Assembly: GCA_035512155.1 (NCBI GenBank)
Contig: DATKEN010000092.1
Span: 1-24,000, forward strand
Reading direction: 5' to 3'
From: Terriglobales bacterium
GTDB taxonomy: Bacteria; Acidobacteriota; Terriglobia; Terriglobales; Acidobacteriaceae
DNA: 24,000 bases
Under the pieces are notes generated by a model. The model ran no database searches, was not told the DNA's origin, and saw nothing but the letters and a program-made list of their open reading frames with translations. Positions 6,894 to 14,545 of the stretch are shown here, in pieces. How positions within the stretch are numbered: the first letter of the stretch is position 1; every line of letters starts with the position of its first letter. Both the position numbers and the translations under genes were made by a program.

Positions 6894-9161
6894 TCACGCC
6901 TCCGGAATTTGAGAGCCGTGCTGGAAGTGATATTGCAGGATTTTTGCGGCGAGAGCGGGGTGCACAGTCGATGAATCGGCTTCCACGGTGCGCACTATCT
7001 CGCCCCGGCAAACGACTTCTGCCGCCGATAGTCCTGCGATTTCCGCAGGCAGAACAAGATTGATTTCGAGCTGCACATTGGGTGGAATCGCTTCTTCCGC
7101 CCGGAACAGCATTCCCGAGCGGCTGATGTTTTCGGTGGTGCCGGCGCGCCAGTCGTTTTCTCCGAGCTGGCGGTATTTCAACGGCAATTGAAGTTTGAAG
7201 CGCTGGGCGCGGAAAGGAGAGAGCTTTTCCCGGGCGCGACCTGTTCCTGCAAAGCGAGCAGACATCGTGACCTCCTGGGGGAGCGGTGTGTCGAGCACCT
7301 CCCGCACCTTGGCTTTCAACGCGGGGAGGGTAAAGGGCTTCTGGAGAAGGGTGATGCCCTCGTCCAGAGTGCCGTTGTGGCCGATCGCATTCTCGGTGTA
7401 GCCCGACATATAAAGCACTCTGGCTTCGGGCCGCAGCGAGGAGATGCGCAGAGCCAGTTCGCGCCCGTTCATTCCTGGCATGATGACGTCGGTCAACAGC
7501 AGATGAATGGGGCCTTGATGAGAGTTGGAAACTTGAATTGCGCTGGCGCCGTCGGGCGCGTCGAGTACCGAATAACCTTGGCTCTCCAGAGCCTGGCGGG
7601 CAAGCCGGCGAAGGTTGGGTTCATCTTCAACCAGTAGGATAGTTTCATCGCCTTGCCCAGGTTTTGAGGCGGCGACGGCAGGCTGAAGCGCAACCATTTC
7701 CCCGCTTGCGCTCACTCGCGGCAGATAGACCTTAAAGGACGTCCCCTTGCCGTGTTCGCTGTAAACCCAGATGTAGCCTTCACTCTGTTTGACGATGCCG
7801 TAGACGGTTGACAGCCCGAGGCCGGTGCCTCGCGGTCCCTTGGTGGTGAAAAACGGTTCAAAGATGTGAGACTGAGTTTCATTATCCATGCCCAGACCGG
7901 TGTCGCTGATAGCCAGCATCACGTACTCACCCGGCTTCACCGGGGCGTGAAAACGGGCGTAATTTTCGTCGAGCGTGACGTTGGCGGTCTCAATGGTCAG
8001 CTTGCCGCCGTGAGGCATAGCGTCGCGGGCGTTCACCGCAAGGTTCATGATGACTTGTTCGATCTGGCCGGGATCGGCTTTGACTGCGCCCAGTTCCGCG
8101 CCCGGAACCATGACCAGGTCAATATCCTCGCCGATCAGACGGGTTAACATTTTCAGGTTTTCGGTGACGACGCCGTTGAGATCCAATACCTTGGGCGCCA
8201 GCATCTGTTTGCGGCTAAACGCCAGAAGCTGGCGAGTGAGGCCGGTTGCGCGCTCGGCGGCGTTGGCGATTTCCTGGGCGGGCGCGCGCAGAGCTGGGTC
8301 AGGGCCGATGCGCTCCAGTAAAAACTCGCTGTAGCCGGAGATCACCATGAGCAGATTGTTGAAGTCGTGCGCAATGCCACCGGCGAGCCGTCCAATGGCT
8401 TCCATTTTCTGGGCCTGACGCAGTTGCTGCTCCAGCGCCCGTCGTTCGGTCACGTCTTCAGTGAACAGCTCAAAGAATATGGCTTTTTTCTCACCGCGCA
8501 TGGCGCGTCCGGAGAGCCGCAAGATGATGGAACTGCCATCCTTCTTTCTCCACTCGGCGACCAGTCCGTCAAATTTTTGCAGAGCGCGAAAGTAGTCGGC
8601 CAGGCTGAACCATTGTTGGGAGTCGGCGTAGAGATTGGCGAGGTTGGTTCCCATTAGTTCGGCCCCGGATCCGTAACCCAACATGGTGACCAGCGCCGGG
8701 TTCACGTCGAGAATAATACCGGCGGAAGAACAGCGACAGACACCGTAAGGAGCGTTGGTCACCAGGGAGCGGAAATTTACTTCGGAGCGGCGCAATGCTT
8801 CCTGCGCTGAACGAAGGGCCGCGTTGAATGAGCAAATCAGGGCGGCGACCAACACAAAGAGCGTGAGATGTATGATGGCTTGGCGATACTCGGCCTGGGT
8901 ATGGGCGCCAGCCAAAGAGAAATAAGCGCTGACTGTAAGGGCAAATGCAGTGGCAGCCAGGCCGGGTTTCCAGCCACCGTACCAGGCGCTGACCATGATA
9001 GCGACGGCGAAGACAACGAGTCGGCTCTCGACAATGTCCGAAAGCAGGAACGCGGGAATCAACGCGAGAATCGTGCTGAGGAGGGCAACTCCGTATCGGA
9101 GTATGGGGGCCCGAGCCGGAGGAATGAAACGTGTGCGGAGAAGGGGGAGCTTCACTCGCAT
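6894..9161 (-). CDS. Hybrid sensor histidine kinase: membrane module, PAS, HisKA, HATPase_c, receiver, C-terminal PilZ-like domain
   Basis: 755 aa, with GGAG 4 nt upstream of the ATG. N-terminal hydrophobic helices (DUF4118-like) and a PAS-like segment come first. The kinase core has H-box GIAHDFNNLL, N box NLAVNARDAM, G1 DTGLGM and G2 GTGLGLS. The receiver reads ILLVEDEP..LLLTDVIMPGMNG..KPF. The C-terminal ~105 aa (FRAQRFKLQLPLKY..TTENISRSGMLFRAEE..VQLEINLVLP) look like PilZ. Confidence 0.9.
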   Translation of the reverse strand: MRVKLPLLRTRFIPPARAPILRYGVALLSTILALIPAFLLSDIVESRLVVFAVAIMVSAWYGGWKPGLAATAFALTVSAYFSLAGAHTQAEYRQAIIHLTLFVLVAALICSFNAALRSAQEALRRSEVNFRSLVTNAPYGVCRCSSAGIILDVNPALVTMLGYGSGAELMGTNLANLYADSQQWFSLADYFRALQKFDGLVAEWRKKDGSSIILRLSGRAMRGEKKAIFFELFTEDVTERRALEQQLRQAQKMEAIGRLAGGIAHDFNNLLMVISGYSEFLLERIGPDPALRAPAQEIANAAERATGLTRQLLAFSRKQMLAPKVLDLNGVVTENLKMLTRLIGEDIDLVMVPGAELGAVKADPGQIEQVIMNLAVNARDAMPHGGKLTIETANVTLDENYARFHAPVKPGEYVMLAISDTGLGMDNETQSHIFEPFFTTKGPRGTGLGLSTVYGIVKQSEGYIWVYSEHGKGTSFKVYLPRVSASGEMVALQPAVAASKPGQGDETILLVEDEPNLRRLARQALESQGYSVLDAPDGASAIQVSNSHQGPIHLLLTDVIMPGMNGRELALRISSLRPEARVLYMSGYTENAIGHNGTLDEGITLLQKPFTLPALKAKVREVLDTPLPQEVTMSARFAGTGRAREKLSPFRAQRFKLQLPLKYRQLGENDWRAGTTENISRSGMLFRAEEAIPPNVQLEINLVLPAEIAGLSAAEVVCRGEIVRTVEADSSTVHPALAAKILQYHFQHGSQIPEA

Positions 9162-9305
9162 ACAACTCCACTGTAATTCCCAAAATGGGAGACCGCGAGT
9201 TACGGGAGTTCATGCGATGAGTGCCCAGTTGCCAATGACCATCAGGAAGAATCTGAGCAGGCAACCTTTCGCCAGAATCCCGCGGAATAGGTGCGCTGCA
9301 ACAAA

Positions 9306-10022
9306 ATGAACATCGGTCTTTTCGGCGGAACTTTCGACCCGATCCACAAGGGTCACATTGCATTAGCACGGGCCGCGCAGGAGCGCTTTCATCTGGCGCG
9401 CATCTATTTTGTTCCGGCCAACGTTCCTCCTCACAAGCAGCGGCAACCACTCACGCCATATTTCCATCGTTATGCCATGGTCGCTTTGGCGACAATGGGC
9501 AACAAGACATTCGTGCCGTCCCTTTTGGAAGCTCCGAATACAGTCCCGATCGAAAAGAAGCGCGGCAAGGGGCAGCAAAAGGAGTCAGCTATTGTAAGGC
9601 CGAATTACAGCATCGAGACGGTCCGGCGGTTGAAGCTCTCCCTCAAAAAGAGTGACCGCCTGTTCTTCTTGATCGGCGTCGATGCCTTCGATGAAATCGC
9701 CAAGTGGCATGAGGCTGAGGCCCTGTTTCGCGCATGCGAATTCATCGTGGCCAGCCGTCCTGGATACTCACTGGCCGATCTGGCCAACGCGCTGCCGCGA
9801 AGTCTGCGACCATCGGAAGCCGTGACCCAGCCGTTCGCGAAGCAACCTGCGAAAGGGGATCTGGCGTTGAACGGAGTGACGGTGCATATGCTCGACAATG
9901 TGCATCAACGGGTCTCGGCCACGGCCATCCGGAAAGCCATAGCGGAAAAGCGGTCGTTAAAGAAGTTTGTGGATCCGCAGGTGGAGGAGTACATCAAGAA
10001 AATGGGACTTGATAAAAGTTGA
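9306..10022 (+). CDS. nadD: Nicotinate-nucleotide adenylyltransferase
   Basis: MNIGLFGGTFDPIHKGHIALA carries the (H/T)xGH motif, and the C-terminal motif is RVSATAIRK. I prefer the start at ATG 9306 over the ORF-track 9291. The nadD-rsfS-rlmH order is conserved synteny. Confidence 0.92.
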   Translation: MNIGLFGGTFDPIHKGHIALARAAQERFHLARIYFVPANVPPHKQRQPLTPYFHRYAMVALATMGNKTFVPSLLEAPNTVPIEKKRGKGQQKESAIVRPNYSIETVRRLKLSLKKSDRLFFLIGVDAFDEIAKWHEAEALFRACEFIVASRPGYSLADLANALPRSLRPSEAVTQPFAKQPAKGDLALNGVTVHMLDNVHQRVSATAIRKAIAEKRSLKKFVDPQVEEYIKKMGLDKS

Positions 10023-10109
10023 ATCGCGTCGGCAATCCCAATGCGGACCGTGGAAATGAACTCCGTTTACAATTGGGGCTGGCAAAAGCCAACAGGTTTT
10101 GACCACTGC

Positions 10110-10529
10110 ATGAAGAAGAACATATTGAAACAGCAAGTCGCAGAAGCCATCAGCGCCTGCCGGGAGAAGAAGGCAGAAGAAATCACCGTTCTGGAACTGG
10201 AAGAGGGATCAGGGGCGTTCACCGACTACTTCTTATTGTGTAACGGAACCAATCCGCGACAGGTTCAAGCCATCTCTGACGAAGTGGAAGAACATCTGGA
10301 GAGAAACGGCTTGCGAGCAACCCACATCGAGGGCTACAAGCAGGCGGAGTGGGTCTTGCTCGACTACGTCGATTTCGTGGTCCATATTTTCTCGGAAAGG
10401 GCTCGCCAGTATTACGATCTCGAGCGGCTGTGGAAGTCGGCCAAGCGGCTGGAGCCAACGGACCTTGCGGGAGGTGCCGTCAGGGCAAGGCGTACGCCCG
10501 TGCGAGGACTGAGAAAGAAACGGGCTTAA
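10110..10529 (+). CDS. rsfS: Ribosomal silencing factor RsfS (iojap family)
   Basis: KKAEEITVLELEEGSGAFTDYFLLCNGTNPRQVQAISDEV..EGYKQAEWVLLDYVDFVVHIFSERARQYYDLERLW is a typical RsfS core. The start is probably ATG 10110 (MKKNILKQQ), since the ORF-track 10041 adds 23 non-conserved residues. There is a basic C-terminal tail. Confidence 0.9.
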   Translation: MKKNILKQQVAEAISACREKKAEEITVLELEEGSGAFTDYFLLCNGTNPRQVQAISDEVEEHLERNGLRATHIEGYKQAEWVLLDYVDFVVHIFSERARQYYDLERLWKSAKRLEPTDLAGGAVRARRTPVRGLRKKRA

Positions 10530-10611
10530 TCCAGTTTGTTCAACGAAGGGTCGGACAAGCTGAACCTTGATTCTGGTTAGTGGACTGTGTGTCTGTGCTC
10601 AAATCTCAGCA

Positions 10612-11055
10612 GTGAAGCTCACGATCGCATGGATTGGTAAGACAAGAGAGTCTGCGATTCAGACCCTGACGGACGACTATTTGAAAAGGTTGGCGCGTTA
10701 TTGTGAAGTCGAGGGGGTGAGCCTCAAGGACGAGGCGACGCTGATGAAGTTTGGTGATAGAAACGCCCGCCCCGCCAGGCATACAATGGTTCTCCTAGAC
10801 CCCAGGGGGAGGCAACTTTCATCCGAGGAACTGGCGAAGTTTCTGGGCGAATATCGGGAACGCAATTCTCTGCCGCTGTTATTTGCGGTAGGCTCGGCAG
10901 ACGGATTCACGGAGACTACCCGGAGGTCAGCGGCGCTACTGCTCTCGCTAGGTAAGATGACGCTGGCCCACGAGTTAGCCAGGATCGTGCTGCTGGAACA
11001 GCTTTACCGGGCATTCACCATCCTGAAGGGCCATCCCTACCACCTAGGGCACTGA
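10612..11055 (+). CDS. rlmH: 23S rRNA (pseudouridine1915-N3)-methyltransferase RlmH (SPOUT)
   Basis: (V)KLTIAWIGKTRESAIQTLTDDYLKRL.. through ..LSLGKMTLAHELARIVLLEQLYRAFTILKGHPYH fits RlmH. I prefer the GTG 10612 start, because the ORF-track TTG at 10567 adds a Cys-rich, non-conserved leader. Confidence 0.9.
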   Translation: MKLTIAWIGKTRESAIQTLTDDYLKRLARYCEVEGVSLKDEATLMKFGDRNARPARHTMVLLDPRGRQLSSEELAKFLGEYRERNSLPLLFAVGSADGFTETTRRSAALLLSLGKMTLAHELARIVLLEQLYRAFTILKGHPYHLGH

Positions 11056-11106
11056 GAATTTTCAGGAATTCAGGCGTGTACCTTCGTGATGTTCCGTGTC
11101 TGCAAT

Positions 11107-11126
11107 CGACCCACTACAGTGGGTCG
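11107..11126 (+). terminator. Hairpin downstream of rlmH (possible operon-end terminator or stabiliser; no U-tract)
   Basis: CGACCCAC-TACA-GTGGGTCG is a perfect 8-bp stem with a 4-nt loop, located 52 nt after the rlmH stop. Confidence 0.4.
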
Positions 11127-11166
11127 GACTAAGCGAAGATTACAAGCATTTACTCTGACCCCAAGG

Positions 11167-11340
11167 ATGTGTGCCATGAGAAATCCGCTGGAAGTGCTCC
11201 GGATCAAAGAGCAGGAAATGCTGCGGGTGAAGAAAGAAGTAGATGCGCTGCGAATTACCGTAAGGCTGCTGGGTGATGAGCCGCCCAAGGCCATTCACGA
11301 GCAAAAAGTGGATCTGCGGCAAGTAATCGAGATGCCCTAG
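11167..11340 (+). CDS. Small hypothetical protein, predicted coiled coil (start uncertain: ATG 11167 or 11176)
   Basis: The sequence MCAMRNPLEVLRIKEQEMLRVKKEVDALRITVRLLGDEPPKAIHEQKVDLRQVIEMP has a heptad-like charged/hydrophobic pattern. AAGG sits 9 nt before ATG 11176. It fills an otherwise empty ~450-nt gap. I recognise no family. The 5' part of the ORF-track ORF (from 11086) contains the hairpin at 11107-11126. Confidence 0.35.
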   Translation: MCAMRNPLEVLRIKEQEMLRVKKEVDALRITVRLLGDEPPKAIHEQKVDLRQVIEMP

Positions 11341-11512
11341 GCCGGGAATCTGCTTTGACTCCTAGGCGAAGCCCAGTAGCCCTCCCTTATTCACCGCGGG
11401 ATTAGGGTTCCTCCTGTCCCATCCCAATAACTCGCGAGCACTCTTGCCCCTAGAGCATGGGCCTCGCACCCGTCTGACCTCCCAAACAGGTACAATCAAC
11501 AATTCGCCGAGT

Positions 11513-12049
11513 ATGCCGGATATACGCCGTGGCCTCATTATCGTGAACACTGGCCCGGGCAAGGGTAAGACCACTGCTGCCATGGGCACGGCGTTACGGG
11601 CCGTGGGCCAGGGCATGCGGGTGCTTATGTTGCAGTTTCTGAAAGGTTCATGGCATTACGGGGAACTGGACGCAGTGAAGGCGTTTGGCGACAAGTTTGT
11701 GATGAAGCAGATGGGACGCGGCTTCGTCAAGGTGGGCGCGGAGAAGCCCGATCCAGAAGATGTGCGCATGGTCGAGGAGGCCTGGGCAGAGGGCGAGCGC
11801 GCGATTCAATCCGGCGAGTGGGACCTGATCATCCTGGATGAGATCAATTATGCGATCAGCTACGGAATGCTCGAGGCAGCCAAGGTCGCGGAGAGCCTGA
11901 AGAAAAAGCCGGAAATGATCCACGTTATCTTGACGGGGCGGAATGCGCATCCGACAATTATTGAACTTGCTGACACTGTAACCGAAATGCGCCAAGTGAA
12001 ACATGCGTACGAGAAAAGCGTGATGGCGCAGAGGGGAATCGAGTACTGA
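11513..12049 (+). CDS. cobO: Cob(I)yrinic acid a,c-diamide adenosyltransferase (CobA/CobO/BtuR type)
   Basis: GLIIVNTGPGKGKTTAAMGTALRAVGQGMRVLMLQFLKG contains the P-loop. Also present are ..LIILDEINYAISYGML.. and ..VILTGRNAHPTIIELADTVTEMRQVKHAY. I prefer the start at ATG 11513 (MPDIRRG) over the ORF-track 11444. Confidence 0.88.
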   Translation: MPDIRRGLIIVNTGPGKGKTTAAMGTALRAVGQGMRVLMLQFLKGSWHYGELDAVKAFGDKFVMKQMGRGFVKVGAEKPDPEDVRMVEEAWAEGERAIQSGEWDLIILDEINYAISYGMLEAAKVAESLKKKPEMIHVILTGRNAHPTIIELADTVTEMRQVKHAYEKSVMAQRGIEY

Positions 12050-12150
12050 GATTGCAGATTTACGGGATTGTCGAATCGACGAATTGAAGGCTCAATCTAA
12101 TTTTTCCAATTCGCGAAAATCCTACGATCTGACGATCGGTAAAATTAAGT

Positions 12151-12999
12151 ATGGCGTGGTTCAAGCGACAAGCCGGTGAGCTGGATACTTCGGGCGAAAA
12201 GAAAGTTCGCACCGAAGGGCTGTGGGTGAAGTGTGAGAATTGCCGGCAGATCATCTGGAAAAAAGACCTCGAAGACAACCTGAACGTCTGCCCCAAGTGT
12301 GACAAGCACTTTCGCATTGACGCCCGCAGCAGGTTGGCACAACTTCTGGACGACAATGAGTACGAGGTGTCTGACGCCAACCTGGTTTCGACCGACCCAT
12401 TGAAATTCGTGGATTTGAAGGCCTACTCGTCGCGCCTGAGGCAGGCGCAAGCCGATACTGGGCTGAAAGACGCGGTGGTCAACGCACGCGGCAAGCTGAA
12501 TGGCCGACCGGTGATCGTGAGTGCCATGGAATATGCCTTCATCGGGGGCAGCATGGGTGCCGTGGTGGGCGAAGTGATCACGCGGGCCATTGAACAGGCG
12601 ACCGAGAGTAAAACCCCGATCATCATTGTTTCGGCGTCAGGCGGAGCACGCATGATGGAGGGCGTAATCAGCCTGATGCAATTGGCCAAAATATCGGCCG
12701 CGCTGGCCCGACTGGATGAAGCCAAGGTACCCTACATCTCAGTATTGACCGATCCAACCACCGGTGGAGTGACCGCGTCCTTCGCTATGCTGGGCGATCT
12801 GAACATTGCCGAGCCCGGTGCGCTTATCGGATTTGCTGGGCCCCGCGTAATCGAGCAGACCATCCGGCAGAAGCTCCCCCAGGGCTTTCAGCGAAGCGAA
12901 TTTCTCCTGGAGCACGGCATGCTGGACGCTGTGGTCCCGCGAAAGCAGCTCAAGCCCTTTATTGCGCGAGCGCTAGAGTTTATGACGCCCGCGGCGTAG
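12151..12999 (+). CDS. accD: Acetyl-CoA carboxylase carboxyltransferase subunit beta
   Basis: N-terminal Zn-ribbon CENCRQIIWKKDLEDNLNVCPKCDKHFRIDARSRL, followed by the carboxyltransferase core (..AFIGGSMGAVVGE..SGGARMMEG..). The accD-folC adjacency is conserved. Confidence 0.95.
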   Translation: MAWFKRQAGELDTSGEKKVRTEGLWVKCENCRQIIWKKDLEDNLNVCPKCDKHFRIDARSRLAQLLDDNEYEVSDANLVSTDPLKFVDLKAYSSRLRQAQADTGLKDAVVNARGKLNGRPVIVSAMEYAFIGGSMGAVVGEVITRAIEQATESKTPIIIVSASGGARMMEGVISLMQLAKISAALARLDEAKVPYISVLTDPTTGGVTASFAMLGDLNIAEPGALIGFAGPRVIEQTIRQKLPQGFQRSEFLLEHGMLDAVVPRKQLKPFIARALEFMTPAA

Positions 13000-13005
13000 C
13001 CACTA

Positions 13006-13157
13006 CAGCTATCAGCCGTCAGCTCTCAGCCAGCCGCTTTCTGCCCCGTTCGAGGTCCTTCGCTTCGCATTAGCGATACGAATCTGGCAACGCCTGAGTC
13101 TGAAACCGCGAACTGATAATCTGATAGCTAAGGGCTGATGACCGAGGGCTGATAGCT
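13006..13157. repeat. Intergenic complementary repeat arrays: 5' (T)CAGC heptad-phased repeats and 3' (G)CTGAT repeats, including an 11-bp perfect inverted repeat
   Basis: CAGC occurs at 13006, 13013, 13020 and 13027 (7-nt phase) and at 13031. CTGA occurs at 13094, 13100, 13113, 13121, 13135 and 13149. AGCTATCAGCC (13007-13017) is the exact reverse complement of GGCTGATAGCT (13147-13157). A second CTGATAGCT copy lies at 13121-13129. AGGGCTGAT is a direct repeat at 13131 and 13145. Confidence 0.6.
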
Positions 13158-13162
13158 TACCC

Positions 13163-14539
13163 ATGTCCTACGAAGCTGCCATTGCACGTATGTACTCGCT
13201 AGGTCACGAACTGGCGCAGACACCATCGCACAAGTTCGATCTGGCGCATATGCGTGTGCTGCTGGCGGCTTTGGAGCACCCCGAGCGGCGTTTTCCGGGT
13301 GTACTGATAGCGGGGACGAACGGCAAGGGTTCCACTGCGGCAACTCTGGCTTCCATTCTGCAAGCTTCGGGTGTTCGGACTGGTCTCTACACTTCCCCAC
13401 ATCTGGTGCGGATCAACGAGCGCATTCGCATCAACGGTGAGGACATCAGCGACGACGAATTTGCCCTGCTGCACGATATGGTGGATCGGACGGCGGAGCG
13501 GCTGGTGGGTGAACGTGAATTGCCGTGGCATCCTAGCTTCTTTGAGATGCTGACCGCCATCGCGTTCGAATACTTTGCGCGAAGGAAGGTTGAGATCGCT
13601 GTACTCGAAGTCGGTATGGGCGGCCGGCTGGATGCGACCAACGTCATCGAGCCGCTGGTGAGCGTAATCACCGATATTTCGCTCGATCACGAAAAGTTTC
13701 TGGGAAATACAGTCGGCCAGATCGCGCGGGAAAAAGCAGGAATTATTCGGCCGGGTGGAGTGGTGGTGACGTTGCCGCAGCAGCCGCAAGCCAATGATGT
13801 GATCGGCAATACGATCCTGGATCTCGGAGCACGGGGTGTCAGCGCCGTGCCGTATGTGCCACCAGTTTCGCCCGGAAGCCCAGGGTACTTAACACTCAGC
13901 GCAAGGGACGCAAAGAACGATACTGGAGCAGGTAATCGTCCCGTCTACCGCTATCCGCTGCAGGTCATGGGGAAGCAGATTCTGGTCGAGACTCCGCTTG
14001 TAGGGCGACATCAGTTGCGGAACGTGGCGCTGGCAATTGCCGCGGCCGAGGAACTGCGCAAGCAGAGGTTCTCAATTAGGCCCGCCTCGATCGAGCGCGG
14101 CATTCGCGAAACACGCTGGCGTGGACGCTTTCAGGTGATTCCGCCCGCTGTCGTTTCGCCGGAGTACGTGTTGGACGTGGCGCACAATCCTGCAGGAGCC
14201 TGGGCGTTGCGGTCGACGTTGTCGTCTTGTTACGAAGGTCGGCCACTGGCCTTCATCTTCGGAGCCATGCGTGACAAAGCCATTGGCGAGATGGCAGAGA
14301 TTCTGTTTCCGCTGGCACAGCGAGTGATCGCGACGCGCGCAGACAATCCGCGCTCTGCCGCGCCGGATGAGATTCGCCAAGCCGCCGCTCGCACGGCGAC
14401 TGAGATAGAAGACGCCCCCGACGTTGCCTCGGCGCTAAGCCGGGCCGGGGAACTGGCTGGAGCCAAAGGCGTGGTAGTCGTAACCGGCTCGATATACATT
14501 GTGGGAGAGGCGATGCGATTGCTCGGCGTTAAGGCTTAG
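13163..14539 (+). CDS. folC: Bifunctional folylpolyglutamate synthase / dihydrofolate synthase
   Basis: Mur-ligase-type P-loop IAGTNGKGSTAATLASIL, plus ..VLEVGMGGRLDATNV.. and ..ITDISLDHEKFLGNTVGQIAREKAGI. Located downstream of accD. Confidence 0.93.
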   Translation: MSYEAAIARMYSLGHELAQTPSHKFDLAHMRVLLAALEHPERRFPGVLIAGTNGKGSTAATLASILQASGVRTGLYTSPHLVRINERIRINGEDISDDEFALLHDMVDRTAERLVGERELPWHPSFFEMLTAIAFEYFARRKVEIAVLEVGMGGRLDATNVIEPLVSVITDISLDHEKFLGNTVGQIAREKAGIIRPGGVVVTLPQQPQANDVIGNTILDLGARGVSAVPYVPPVSPGSPGYLTLSARDAKNDTGAGNRPVYRYPLQVMGKQILVETPLVGRHQLRNVALAIAAAEELRKQRFSIRPASIERGIRETRWRGRFQVIPPAVVSPEYVLDVAHNPAGAWALRSTLSSCYEGRPLAFIFGAMRDKAIGEMAEILFPLAQRVIATRADNPRSAAPDEIRQAAARTATEIEDAPDVASALSRAGELAGAKGVVVVTGSIYIVGEAMRLLGVKA

Positions 14540-14545
14540 GAGTCA

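Noticed and set aside
8569-9450. 293-aa minus-strand ORF overlapping the kinase N-terminus in another frame and extending across the nadD start
   Set aside because: The sequence is Arg/Pro/Ser/Cys-rich junk. It competes with two well-supported genes: the kinase membrane module, which has a GGAG-preceded ATG at 9161, and nadD.
11341-11512. Possible cobalamin riboswitch upstream of cobO
   Set aside because: I could not find a B12-box-like core or the expected multi-stem architecture by eye. A covariance-model scan would be needed to exclude it formally.
13199-13789. 196-aa ORF antisense to folC, with similar antisense ORFs in thrS (16608-17231) and tgt (19266-19778)
   Set aside because: The same reasoning applies: each sits opposite a strongly conserved housekeeping frame and shows no motifs.
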